Shown here piece by piece: positions 1 to 12,102 of a stretch of 64,000 nucleotides of DNA. The stretch lies in NCBI GenBank assembly GCA_036342255.1, contig JAZAUS010000005.1:35954-99953 (forward strand), given 5' to 3'. Position 1 is the stretch's first letter; each line of letters begins with the position of its first letter. This stretch comes from Bacilli bacterium. Its GTDB lineage: Bacteria > Bacillota_I > Bacilli_A > RF39 > UBA660. Both the position numbers and the translations under genes were made by a program. Under the pieces are notes generated by a model. The model made no database searches, was not told the DNA's origin, and was given only the letters and a program-made list of their open reading frames with translations.

Positions 1-7
1 TTTATCA

Positions 8-1822
8 TTAATTATTCTTCTTACTATCTTCTTTTTTTCTAAGCTCAGTATTTAAAGTCTTTTTTCTTAATCTTATATTATTAGGCGTAACTTCAACTAA
101 TTCATCAGAATTAATAAATTCCAAAGCATATTCTAAAGTAATAGGTCTAGGTCTCTTTAAAACAACAGTATGATCAGAACCAGCTGCCCTAGTATTAGTA
201 AGTTGTTTACCCTTTACAACATTAACCGCTAAATCAGTTTCTCTATTACATTCACCAACAATCATACCTTCATAAACTTCTACACCTGGTTCAATAAACA
301 TTGAACCCCTATCCTCTAAATTACCAATAGCATATGCTGTAGACTTTCCATTCTCCATTGAAACTAATACACCTAGTTTTCTTTCACCAACATTTAAGTT
401 TTCTAATTTTTCATAACGCTTAAAAGTATGATTAATAATACCATATCCCTTAGTCATAGTCATAAAATCAGTCATAAAACCAATTAATCCACGAGATGGA
501 ACTGTATAATTTAATCTTGTCAAATTATTAACTGTCATCATATTATCCATAACAGCCCCTCTTAAACCTAAAGCTTCTATAACATTTCCCATATTTTCTT
601 CAGGAACTTCAATTTGAACATCTTCATAAGGTTCACATTTTACTCCATCTATTTCTTTAACAATTACTTCTGGTCTAGAAACCTGTAATTCATAACCTTC
701 TCTACGCATATTTTCAATTAAAATAGATAAATGCAATTCTCCACGACCAGAAACTATCCAAGATTCATTACCAAATTCCTCAACTTTTAAACTAACATCT
801 CGTTGTGTCTCCCTAAACAGTCTTTCACCAATCTTACTAGCTGTTATAAATTTACCATCACGACCAGCAAAAGGACTATTATTAGTCATAAAAGTCATTT
901 TTAACGTAGGTTCATCTATTCTAAGAATTGGTAATGCTTTTTCATGACCAACATCACAAACAGTTTCACCAACAGAAATATCAGGAAGCCCTGCAATTGC
1001 AACTATATCACCAGCATTAGCTTCTTTAATTTCAATTCTTTTAAGTCCAAAAAATCCAAATAATTTTTGAATTCTAAATTGCTTTATACTACCATCTAAT
1101 CTAACACAACTAGCCATCATATTTTCTCTTATTTTACCATTTTTAACAAGTCCTATACCAATCCTACCAACATAATCATTATAATCCAGTAATGCAGGTT
1201 GAAATTGTAAATCAGCTTCCTCATCAACATTAGGTTCTGGAATTTCATCAATTATTAAATCTAAAAGTGGTGTATAATCCTCACTTTGTGTACTTAAATC
1301 AGGATCTAAGCTACAAGTACCATTCAAAGCAGAAACATAAGCAGTTTTAAATTCTAATTGTGAATCATCAGCACCAAGTTCAATAAACAAATCTAATACT
1401 TCATCTAATACTTTCTCTATTCTAGCAGTTGGTTTATCAACCTTATTTATAACAACAATAGGTTTAACACCAGTCTCCATCGCTTTTTTCAAAACAAATC
1501 TAGTTTGTGGCATCGTTCCTTCATATGCATCAACTACCAACAAAACACCATCAACCATATTCATAATTCTCTCAACTTCTCCACCAAAATCAGCATGTCC
1601 TGGAGTATCCAAAATATTTATACGATAATCTTTATAATCAATAGCCGTAGTCTTAGCTAATATAGTTATACCTCTTTCTCTCTCTAAATCATTAGAATCC
1701 ATTACCCTTTCATCAATAACTTCATTATCTCTAAATGTCCCACTCTTCATAAGCAATTGATCTACTAATGTAGTCTTACCATGATCAACATGAGCAATAA
1801 TAGCAATATTTCTCTTCTTCAT
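8..1822 (-). CDS. typA: Translational GTPase TypA/BipA
   Basis: NIAIIAHVDHGKTTLVD, ERERGITIL, DTPGHADFGGEVER, NKVD, GRGELHL and a BipA-type C-terminus (ELVEVTP..IRLRK). Confidence 0.97.
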   Translation of the reverse strand: MKKRNIAIIAHVDHGKTTLVDQLLMKSGTFRDNEVIDERVMDSNDLERERGITILAKTTAIDYKDYRINILDTPGHADFGGEVERIMNMVDGVLLVVDAYEGTMPQTRFVLKKAMETGVKPIVVINKVDKPTARIEKVLDEVLDLFIELGADDSQLEFKTAYVSALNGTCSLDPDLSTQSEDYTPLLDLIIDEIPEPNVDEEADLQFQPALLDYNDYVGRIGIGLVKNGKIRENMMASCVRLDGSIKQFRIQKLFGFFGLKRIEIKEANAGDIVAIAGLPDISVGETVCDVGHEKALPILRIDEPTLKMTFMTNNSPFAGRDGKFITASKIGERLFRETQRDVSLKVEEFGNESWIVSGRGELHLSILIENMRREGYELQVSRPEVIVKEIDGVKCEPYEDVQIEVPEENMGNVIEALGLRGAVMDNMMTVNNLTRLNYTVPSRGLIGFMTDFMTMTKGYGIINHTFKRYEKLENLNVGERKLGVLVSMENGKSTAYAIGNLEDRGSMFIEPGVEVYEGMIVGECNRETDLAVNVVKGKQLTNTRAAGSDHTVVLKRPRPITLEYALEFINSDELVEVTPNNIRLRKKTLNTELRKKEDSKKNN

Positions 1823-1854
1823 AAATACACCTCTTCTATCTTCCTGACTTGCCT

Positions 1855-1863
1855 ATTATAACA
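1855..1863 (-). promoter_or_regulatory. Extended -10 promoter (TGTTATAAT) for typA
   Basis: TG-n-TATAAT about 30 nt upstream of the start codon, followed by an AGAGGTG RBS. Confidence 0.6.
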
Positions 1864-1929
1864 TATTTTTAAAAAAATAAAAGTTATTTTATAAAAAAAT
1901 AAACTATTAGTACATTTTTATAACAAATC

Positions 1930-1954
1930 AAAAGAAACAAATACATGTTTCTTT
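1930..1954 (-). terminator. Intrinsic terminator after the Lon-like/PDZ gene
   Basis: Inverted repeat aaagaaaca...tgtttcttt just downstream of the stop at 1969. Confidence 0.55.
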
Positions 1955-1968
1955 ACTAATTTCAATTA

Positions 1969-2949
1969 TTAATTATTATCTTTTAAATACTTAACAGCAT
2001 CTTCAAAAGTATCAACCTTAACTATTTTCATTTTATAATGCTTTTTCTTTTTTATTTTTATAGCCTCCTTATAATTATCTGATGGAACAAAAACTAAATC
2101 TATATTATCCTTATCAGCCCCCATTATTTTATACTTAACTCCATCTATTTCACCAACAGTACCATCACTTTCAATAGTACCAGTACCAGCTATTCTTCGC
2201 CCTTTAATAATATCTTCATCTGCTATTTTACTATATATACTAAGAGCTAACATCAAGCCACCAGAAGCACCAGCTTCACTACTCTTAAATTTTAACTTTA
2301 TCTTAGGATCAATTTCATAATCAATATCAGTAGATACAACAACACCAATCATCTTATTACCATCAATATCACTAACAACCGTATTAATTACTTTCTCCTC
2401 ACCTTTTCTAATAACTTTAATTCCTATCTTATCACCTTTATTTTTACTACTAATTATCTTTCTAATCCCAATAACATTTTCAACTTTTTTACCATCAACT
2501 TCAATAATCTCATCACCAATTTTTATATTATTATCAGTAGTAGTAGCAATAACGATATTCTTTTTATTAGTAATATTAACTTCTTTATTACTTTCTTTAT
2601 ATGCAACAATAACAGCACTATCAATAGATTCTTCTAACATTATTTTATTACGATTATATATTTCCTCCATTGTTTCATTATTAACTTGCTGTTCACTAAC
2701 TTTTTCTATATCCCAATCACTCATAACTAATGATAATAAATATGTAGGAACAGTAGCTTCATATTCTGATACATATAATAAATTCAAACTACCATTTATA
2801 TCTTTACAACTCTTACACTCAATCCTATCATTAATCTCAATCGTACCACCAGGCATATTAATATAATATGGTAATCTAATATTAAATAAAGCAACTATTA
2901 TTATTAAAATAATAATAAACCATAAATTCTCTTTAAAATATTCTTTCAT
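1969..2949 (-). CDS. YlbL/SepM-like membrane protease with PDZ and Lon-C (S16) domains
   Basis: N-terminal TM then LPYYINMPG; PDZ-like GDEIIEVDG; GASGGLMLAL (catalytic Ser), IAGTGTI, GEIDGVKYK (catalytic Lys). Confidence 0.88.
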   Translation of the reverse strand: MKEYFKENLWFIIILIIIVALFNIRLPYYINMPGGTIEINDRIECKSCKDINGSLNLLYVSEYEATVPTYLLSLVMSDWDIEKVSEQQVNNETMEEIYNRNKIMLEESIDSAVIVAYKESNKEVNITNKKNIVIATTTDNNIKIGDEIIEVDGKKVENVIGIRKIISSKNKGDKIGIKVIRKGEEKVINTVVSDIDGNKMIGVVVSTDIDYEIDPKIKLKFKSSEAGASGGLMLALSIYSKIADEDIIKGRRIAGTGTIESDGTVGEIDGVKYKIMGADKDNIDLVFVPSDNYKEAIKIKKKKHYKMKIVKVDTFEDAVKYLKDNN

Positions 2950-2978
2950 ATGTCACTCTTTCTATTATTTTTATAATA

Positions 2979-5033
<2,055 letters not shown>

Positions 5034-5051
5034 CTAATAAAAGAAGATAGA

Positions 5052-5525
5052 TTAATCTTTTACAGATTTTTCTATCTTCTTTATATTTCTATTATTTTTT
5101 TTCTTTTTATTTATTGATAAATAAATATCTATATTTAATAATATATATGCTATTAATAATATATTTAAATAATAATAATATTCTATTCCTGGAACTATTA
5201 ATCTTTTATCAAAGATAAAACAACAAGTTACAATTATAATTATAAATAAAATATAACTAATTATTAATACATAATCTTTATTAGTAATATTTATATTTTT
5301 ATTCTTTATAATTAATATTGTTGTTATTATACATACTATTAATGATAACATAATTAATAAAACAGTAAAAGGATAACAATCAATACTCAACAAACCAATA
5401 CTATTATTACCATTATTATACATATCAATATAATATACACTATAAATTATATATAACGGAATAATAATAAGTGATACTAAATAATATAATATTAAAAATA
5501 CTTTATTTTTCATTTTGCACCTCAA
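5052..5525 (-). CDS. Hypothetical membrane protein (about 4 TM)
   Basis: Four hydrophobic segments and a basic tail; overlaps the end of the upstream gene. Confidence 0.65.
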   Translation of the reverse strand: MRCKMKNKVFLILYYLVSLIIIPLYIIYSVYYIDMYNNGNNSIGLLSIDCYPFTVLLIMLSLIVCIITTILIIKNKNINITNKDYVLIISYILFIIIIVTCCFIFDKRLIVPGIEYYYYLNILLIAYILLNIDIYLSINKKKKNNRNIKKIEKSVKD

Positions 5526-6051
5526 TTATTTTATTTAAAAGTTCTAACTCTAAAACTTTATTAGAATCTAATCTAGCATGCATTATTGATGCTTCCATAA
5601 TCCATCTATTTTCTTTATCTTTTATATTTATTTCATATTCAAATATTCCTTTTTGTATATATTCTTCATATGTTAATGCTGAGTTCATCATATACGCAGT
5701 TATAGTTTCTCTATCTTTATCTTTAATATTACATTTTTTCATTATATCTCCATAATCCAATATCGATAATCCATTATTATATAATTCTTTTAAACTTATT
5801 GTATTATTATTACTAAGCTTTTCTGATTTATTAATTATATTAATTACACTATTTCTACAATCTATATTTTCAATGGTATTTACTTTAACTCTTACTTTAT
5901 CAAATTCTTTTGTAAAATCTTTAGTGTCTAAATCTACATAACTAGTAATATTATTTAATGTAGATATAGTTAATATAGATATTACTACCATATAAAATAT
6001 AGATATAGATGTTATTATTAGTTTTATTCTTTCTTTATTATCATCTTTCAT
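5503..6051 (-). CDS. Hypothetical protein with an N-terminal membrane anchor
   Basis: GAGGTG RBS, TGATACAAT promoter element at 6070-6078, one N-terminal TM helix. Confidence 0.7.
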   Translation of the reverse strand: MKDDNKERIKLIITSISIFYMVVISILTISTLNNITSYVDLDTKDFTKEFDKVRVKVNTIENIDCRNSVINIINKSEKLSNNNTISLKELYNNGLSILDYGDIMKKCNIKDKDRETITAYMMNSALTYEEYIQKGIFEYEINIKDKENRWIMEASIMHARLDSNKVLELELLNKIIEVQNEK

Positions 6052-6092
6052 TTATTACACCTCTATTCTATTGTATCATAATGCTTATATAT

Positions 6093-7505
6093 TTAAAAAT
6101 TATTTTTTTCTTTACTCAGTGATTTTTTTTTAATTTGTGTTTTTATATTTGTTTCTTCATTTTCTTTTTCTTTTGAAAAATCAATATATTTCCAGGTTAT
6201 TTGTTCGTTAGGATTAACGATATAATCAGAAGCTGTTATCATAACTGGCAAATCATTTACTTCAAATACCCATCCAGACATTTTTTCATTTTCTATACCA
6301 TTAATTGATGATATAAAGCCATTAATATTATTAACTATTAATCCAGTATTCATAAGTAGTTCTTCAACAGTAATTGGACTTTCTAGTGTTATTTCTTTTT
6401 GATATAACACTCCATTATTTGGTGATAAAATTGTATATGTTATGCTTTGAGGTTTGTTTTTTTTATTATCTTTTTTTAATGTTTCCGGTATTTTATTATC
6501 TTTCACTTTTCCTTGTTTATTTTTAACTACTTTTTCTTGCTGCTTACTTTTAATCTTCGTATCTATTTTAGTTTTATTATTCTTTTTATTGGAACCTTTT
6601 TTACTTTTGTCTAAATGCTTTTTAATATTATTATTTTCAACTATCTCTCTATTGCCATATGGCATAGTTGAAAAAGATTTCTTAGTTGCATTTTTTGATA
6701 AATCTGTGTTTGTAGTTACTTCTTTTTCATTATCTAAATTATGTAATACCATAATACTATTTGTTTTTTTTAAGTGTGTAATTATGTGAATCTTTTTTGG
6801 TTTGATTATTTTAGTTCCGGTCTTCGGATTTTCTATTTTAAATATCTTCTTATCTTGTTTAATAACACCAGTTTTTAAATTATGTTTATCATTTATTTCA
6901 TTGATTAACCTAGTTTTTCTAGTTGCTATACTATTATTGGATTTTATTAATATTATGTTTGTATTAATCATTTTCGCTATACTTATATTCTTATATTTTT
7001 TTAAAGCTACTTTTTTATTACTTCCTTTAATATTATCATTAATTGTTATACTTTTATCTTTTGTTATTAGTGATTTAATATTCTTATTTAAATTGTTTTT
7101 AACTATTGATGGTTTAATTATTTTGTTCATAATGTCTTTTGTTATTTCTGGATCAACTATCTTATCAAATTTTGTCTCTTGAAACAAATAATTATTTAAA
7201 ATATCTATTTTTTCTAATTCTTTATACTTATCTTCTTGTGAAATTAAAGTATTAATGTCAATTGCTATTAATAAGAATTTATTAGGAACTTTATTTTTTA
7301 AAGATAATAATTTATATTTTGAATCAATCATAATAAAATAAGTATTATTATTTTTTTTATTATATAAAATTTTTATTCTATTATTATTAACTTCTATATT
7401 TTTTTTAAATAATCGTTTTAAAAATAGTTCTATATTATTTTCTTTACATATTGTTTCTATTGTCCATATATCTTTAAACACAATGCTTAGTTTAACTTTT
7501 TTCAT
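6093..7505 (-). CDS. Lys/Asn-rich protein with a C-terminal DUF4430 / transcobalamin-like domain
   Basis: C-terminal TVEELL...GFISSINGIEN..SGWVFEVND.P....ASDY.V...EQITWKY fits the DUF4430 pattern; GGAG RBS; 25 nt after the acyl-CoA ligase. Confidence 0.7.
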   Translation of the reverse strand: MKKVKLSIVFKDIWTIETICKENNIELFLKRLFKKNIEVNNNRIKILYNKKNNNTYFIMIDSKYKLLSLKNKVPNKFLLIAIDINTLISQEDKYKELEKIDILNNYLFQETKFDKIVDPEITKDIMNKIIKPSIVKNNLNKNIKSLITKDKSITINDNIKGSNKKVALKKYKNISIAKMINTNIILIKSNNSIATRKTRLINEINDKHNLKTGVIKQDKKIFKIENPKTGTKIIKPKKIHIITHLKKTNSIMVLHNLDNEKEVTTNTDLSKNATKKSFSTMPYGNREIVENNNIKKHLDKSKKGSNKKNNKTKIDTKIKSKQQEKVVKNKQGKVKDNKIPETLKKDNKKNKPQSITYTILSPNNGVLYQKEITLESPITVEELLMNTGLIVNNINGFISSINGIENEKMSGWVFEVNDLPVMITASDYIVNPNEQITWKYIDFSKEKENEETNIKTQIKKKSLSKEKNNF

Positions 7506-7530
7506 GTAATCAACTCCATAATGCTAATAA

Positions 7531-9054
7531 TTACTTTATTCTAACGTTGTTATTATCTACTATCTTTATGTTATATTTACTAATTCTTTTGTATTTAGGT
7601 AAATCTTTGTTAAGATTATTAATTATTTTATCAATTTTGTTATTACTAGAATTAGTATAAATATCTGCTACTATTTTATCTTTTTCACAATAAACTTTAG
7701 CATCACTAATAATACTTTCTTTTTTTATAATATTTTCAATTTCAGTTGCATCAATATTTTTTCCATTAGAAGTGACAATTATTTTTTTCTTTCTTCCTAT
7801 TACGTGTAATCTTTCTTCATCATCTATATATCCAAGATCACCTGTTTTAAAGTAACCATCTTTGGTATAACTTTTTTTAGTTAGATCTTTATTTTTATAA
7901 TAACCTAGCATTACATTATCACCTTTTATTGCTATTTCACCTATTCCTGAAGCATCCATATCTATAATTTTTATTTTTTGATGCATTAACACTTGTCCAC
8001 AAGAATCGATTCTGTAATTATGATAATCGTTCATGGTTACTATTGGAGAAGCTTCTGATAATCCATATCCTTGGAGAATAATTATTCCCATATCATCATA
8101 CAGTTTTGCTATATCATAATCTAATGAAGCAGCACCACATGTAAAAAAGAAGATATTTCCTCCCCAAAAATCGTAAAATTCTTTGAATAATCTTTTCCTA
8201 ATATCAATGCCAAATTTTCTTAAAAAATTTGATATTTTAATTCCTTTTTTTATTTTAACTTTTTTTTCTTCTGGTATTTCATTTATTACTCTTGTAAATA
8301 TTAATGGTACACCTGGAAAGATTGTTGGTTTAACAATTTTTAAATCATTTACTAAGTCTTTAGGGGTTGATAAATATATTGATATTCCAATATATAATGG
8401 ATAAATTACTAGGATAACTAATGTATATATATGATGAAATGGAAGAATAACTAAATATTTATCATTGGTAGTTACAGGAGCAAATTTGGCAACTCCATCC
8501 ATATTTGCAAATATATTTTTAGTTGACAACATTATAGCTTTAGGTTTTTCACTGGTTCCTGATGTATATAATATTTCTACTAAATCTGTATCCTTCTTCT
8601 TTTTATACTTTTCCTTTTTAAGATTTTGACTTTTTATTAGTATATCCTCTAATTTGAATATTTTTATTTTTTTATCTATATCTTTTATTAATAATTGGTA
8701 TTTTTCTTGGTCACATATTATACAATCTGCTTCATCAATATCATTAATAACATTCTTTATTTCTTTTAGAGGCCATGAATTATCAATTGGTACTACTACT
8801 CCAACATAAGTTACTATGCTTAAATATGTCATAAGCCAGTTATAGGAGTTTTTACCAATGATAATAATTTTTTTATTTGATAATTTATTTTTAATAAGTA
8901 AGTTAGCAATACTTTTAGTATCATTATATATATCATTAAATGTATATCCAATATACTTATCATTCTTTTTTTCAAAAAAACATTTTTTATCTGCAAAATT
9001 ATTGTATCCATATTCTAAGTATTCAATAAAACTATTTGGTTTTCCTTCATACAT
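7531..9054 (-). CDS. Long-chain acyl-CoA synthetase-like AMP-binding enzyme
   Basis: YTSGTSEKPK P-loop, LPFHHIY, QGYGLSEASP, GYFKTGDLG, GRKK.IIVTSNGKNI. Confidence 0.9.
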   Translation of the reverse strand: MYEGKPNSFIEYLEYGYNNFADKKCFFEKKNDKYIGYTFNDIYNDTKSIANLLIKNKLSNKKIIIIGKNSYNWLMTYLSIVTYVGVVVPIDNSWPLKEIKNVINDIDEADCIICDQEKYQLLIKDIDKKIKIFKLEDILIKSQNLKKEKYKKKKDTDLVEILYTSGTSEKPKAIMLSTKNIFANMDGVAKFAPVTTNDKYLVILPFHHIYTLVILVIYPLYIGISIYLSTPKDLVNDLKIVKPTIFPGVPLIFTRVINEIPEEKKVKIKKGIKISNFLRKFGIDIRKRLFKEFYDFWGGNIFFFTCGAASLDYDIAKLYDDMGIIILQGYGLSEASPIVTMNDYHNYRIDSCGQVLMHQKIKIIDMDASGIGEIAIKGDNVMLGYYKNKDLTKKSYTKDGYFKTGDLGYIDDEERLHVIGRKKKIIVTSNGKNIDATEIENIIKKESIISDAKVYCEKDKIVADIYTNSSNNKIDKIINNLNKDLPKYKRISKYNIKIVDNNNVRIK

Positions 9055-10131
9055 TTATAATAACCCACTTTCTATGTAAAAATCATTTTCATGTTTTATT
9101 TTTTTATTACTAAAATTCATAAAATATAGAGTACTTTGAAATTTTAAGCATCTTATTTTTGAATATATTTCTTTGTTTATTATGCTATTATTATTGATAC
9201 CAATAACAAATATATCATATTCTTTTTTTATTTCTTGGGCTAAATAATATAAGAATTCTTTATATAGTTCAATATTGTTATTTTCAACCAGCATAAAAGA
9301 TAACATTGGAAAATCAAGAACTTCTCCTGTTTTAGGCATTGGTATATAGCTGATAGTTTCTGTAATCTTACCTAACTTAGTAAGTATATTTAATGGCCTA
9401 TTATATTTGGTTACTATATATTGTTTATAATCTGTTTGATTCCATAAACCACAAAAAGATACTATTTTATTATTCTTTAACATAATATAGCAATTATCAA
9501 TATGTAAATTATAGAACTCTTTCTCAATATTTGTTATATAGGGAAAGAAATTATATTTACTTCCTTCTTGATGAAGAAAATCATAAACATTTGGTAAATC
9601 TTTTTTGGTTACTTTCTTAAAAATATATTCATTTTTTTTAGCTAACCATTTTTTTCTTAAGATTATTTTAGGATTTATAATATAAGTTGTATAATCACAT
9701 ATTTTTTCTAAATTAGGCATATAATTTCTTTTTTTAGTAAATACATCTTTGGCATGTTTATTCATTGATAAAATTGAACAATAATATAAATCACATTTAT
9801 TTGAGACCTTATCATTTACTGCTAACTCCATCCAATTAAACTTCCCATGAAAATCTTGTCGTTTTCTAAAGCCTCCTACATAACCAATAGGATACACTTT
9901 ATTATTTAAGTAATAATCATTTACAATACATGATCCTTGTAAAACAATTTTACCATTCTCATCTTTTATTACACCAACATTTACTCTATCTCCTTCTTTT
10001 TGATAAGAAAGATAAGCATTTGGACGTCTAGTATATATTAATTCAAATGCTCCTTTAGCAGGAATTGATTCTATTATTTCTAACATTTCAATTCCATCTT
10101 TTTCAGTAGCTTTTTCAACTTTGTATTTCAT
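9055..10131 (-). CDS. Putative GNAT-fold (tandem GNAT) acyltransferase
   Basis: N-terminal VEKAT..D...M; GYVGGFRKRQDFHG resembles GNAT motif A; a second FKKVTKKDL..VYDFL repeat suggests two GNAT lobes. Abuts the ligase gene. Confidence 0.5.
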   Translation of the reverse strand: MKYKVEKATEKDGIEMLEIIESIPAKGAFELIYTRRPNAYLSYQKEGDRVNVGVIKDENGKIVLQGSCIVNDYYLNNKVYPIGYVGGFRKRQDFHGKFNWMELAVNDKVSNKCDLYYCSILSMNKHAKDVFTKKRNYMPNLEKICDYTTYIINPKIILRKKWLAKKNEYIFKKVTKKDLPNVYDFLHQEGSKYNFFPYITNIEKEFYNLHIDNCYIMLKNNKIVSFCGLWNQTDYKQYIVTKYNRPLNILTKLGKITETISYIPMPKTGEVLDFPMLSFMLVENNNIELYKEFLYYLAQEIKKEYDIFVIGINNNSIINKEIYSKIRCLKFQSTLYFMNFSNKKIKHENDFYIESGLL

Positions 10132-11290
10132 TTATATCACCGTTATATTCCATATCTATTGTTAAATATCTTTCAATTGAATATTTTGATTTTTCTAAGT
10201 TTTTCTTTATTATGTTTTTTATAAATTTATATACATATGTGAAGTATGGTTTAATATCTTTTATATCAAATATTATATCCTTATAGGTAATAATAATTTT
10301 AGTGAATGTAATCCATTTATTTATAGGAATCATTCCTCTAAACAGACAACTAAATAGCATATTACTATATTTTCTTTTACTTTTACGATATTCAACTTTA
10401 TTTTCTACAGTAAATAATAAATCATATATAGAGAATTGTTTTGTCAATAGTGTTATTCCTGTTGTTAATCTTGGATTACATTCTAATATATAGATTTCTC
10501 CTTTTTTTGTTTCAATAAAATCAAAACATATTACTCCATCATATTTTATTTTATTAACTATCTTTGTTATTATTTCAGTTATTTGTTTATTCATATCTAT
10601 AGTTCTAATACTTACTAATGAACCAGTTCTTATTATTAATTCACTATCATATAATAAAGATACTATTTCTTTATTCTTTTTAAATATACTAAGAGAACAC
10701 TTAGATGTTCCTTCAATATATTCTTGCATTATATAATTTCTTTCTAAAGATAAGTTTTCTATTGTTTTAATATTATTTTTATCAACAATTATTATTTCAG
10801 ATGCAAATCTAGAATAAACTGGTTTTAAGATTATTTTATTATATTTTTTTATATATTCTAAGATATCAGAATGTGTTTTAACTAATTTGGTATTTGGTGT
10901 TTTTATATTTAATTCTTTTACTAATTTATAAAATGAATATTTATTATGTAGTAATTCTAATTTATTTATATCTTCAATAATAATATTTAAATTTTTACAT
11001 TTTTTAATTAGTTCTTTTTTATTTTTAGCAAGATATAATTTCTCTTCTCCCAAACAAATTAAAGCTTCTATATTATTCTCATTAATTATTCTTATTATTG
11101 CTTGAATATATTCTTTTTCTTGATACCTTACGGAAGGCACTATAAAGGATTTATTAGTATATTTTGATAATTTTCCTGTATCAAAATCAATACTTTCTGC
11201 TGTATAGCTTGTGTGTTTGTTTTTTGCTAAATTTCTAATAATGTCTATCGCTATTGGATTTCTAGTACCTGTTAGCAAGATTTTAGCCAT
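10115..11290 (-). CDS. ATP-grasp domain ligase
   Basis: LHNKYSFY, IKTPNT, IILKPVYSRFA, YIMQEYIEG, FDFI, ILECNPRLTTG; N-terminal ILLTGTRNP pre-grasp domain. Confidence 0.88.
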   Translation of the reverse strand: MAKILLTGTRNPIAIDIIRNLAKNKHTSYTAESIDFDTGKLSKYTNKSFIVPSVRYQEKEYIQAIIRIINENNIEALICLGEEKLYLAKNKKELIKKCKNLNIIIEDINKLELLHNKYSFYKLVKELNIKTPNTKLVKTHSDILEYIKKYNKIILKPVYSRFASEIIIVDKNNIKTIENLSLERNYIMQEYIEGTSKCSLSIFKKNKEIVSLLYDSELIIRTGSLVSIRTIDMNKQITEIITKIVNKIKYDGVICFDFIETKKGEIYILECNPRLTTGITLLTKQFSIYDLLFTVENKVEYRKSKRKYSNMLFSCLFRGMIPINKWITFTKIIITYKDIIFDIKDIKPYFTYVYKFIKNIIKKNLEKSKYSIERYLTIDMEYNGDINEIQS

Positions 11291-12089
11291 TATCTTTTTC
11301 TTTCAATTTATATCCACAATAAACACACACATAATTGCCATCAGTATTCTTTTTTTTGCAACCTGGACACTCTATCATTTTTTTATTCTCTAAATTTTTT
11401 TCTTTCATTTTATTTGTTTCTGTATTAATATTATTAGTTTTTGTAATTTCTATTTCAGTATCATTTTTAACATTTTTTTCTTTATTATTAATTATTTCAC
11501 TTTCATGTAATTTCGTACCACAATTACAGCAATACAAATTATCCTTAGCATTATAATTCTTACAATTTGGGCATTCTATCATATCTTCCTCGTTAATGTT
11601 CGTTTTATTTATTTCTACATCACTATTTATAATATCATTGCTATTTTTCTTTTCAATATGCTTTATTACTTGTTCTGGAGTGTTGCTTCCAGAAATTACA
11701 AAATAATGTATTAGAGGAAATATTATAACGAATGATAAATATATACTATATATTGATTTATTATCTAAAATTCCTAATGAAAATATGGATAGATATAAAG
11801 AACATATCATATAATAAATAAATATTAAATTATTACCTCTATAAATGCTATAAACTACTACTAAAAATGTTAAATCAATAGCATAGAAGATTGGTCCTGG
11901 TGTTGTCTTTAACCATTCATAGTTTAGAATACTTGGTATTGCAGGTATATTTATTATAAATAGAATCATCAATAACACTAATGCTATTCTGTCTTTATAA
12001 TAATACAAACCATCAATTAATCTACTTGCTGCTGACATCCAAAAAAAGACAACCATTAACCCCAAAATTGGCAATGTAAATAAATACAT
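11283..12089 (-). CDS. Membrane protein with two C-terminal zinc-ribbon repeats
   Basis: Hydrophobic N-terminal half; MIECPNC..CCNCGTKL and MIECPGC..CVYCGYKL; AGGAGG RBS. Confidence 0.75.
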   Translation of the reverse strand: MYLFTLPILGLMVVFFWMSAASRLIDGLYYYKDRIALVLLMILFIINIPAIPSILNYEWLKTTPGPIFYAIDLTFLVVVYSIYRGNNLIFIYYMICSLYLSIFSLGILDNKSIYSIYLSFVIIFPLIHYFVISGSNTPEQVIKHIEKKNSNDIINSDVEINKTNINEEDMIECPNCKNYNAKDNLYCCNCGTKLHESEIINNKEKNVKNDTEIEITKTNNINTETNKMKEKNLENKKMIECPGCKKKNTDGNYVCVYCGYKLKEKDNG

Positions 12090-12102
12090 TTCTTTCCTCC
12101 TT

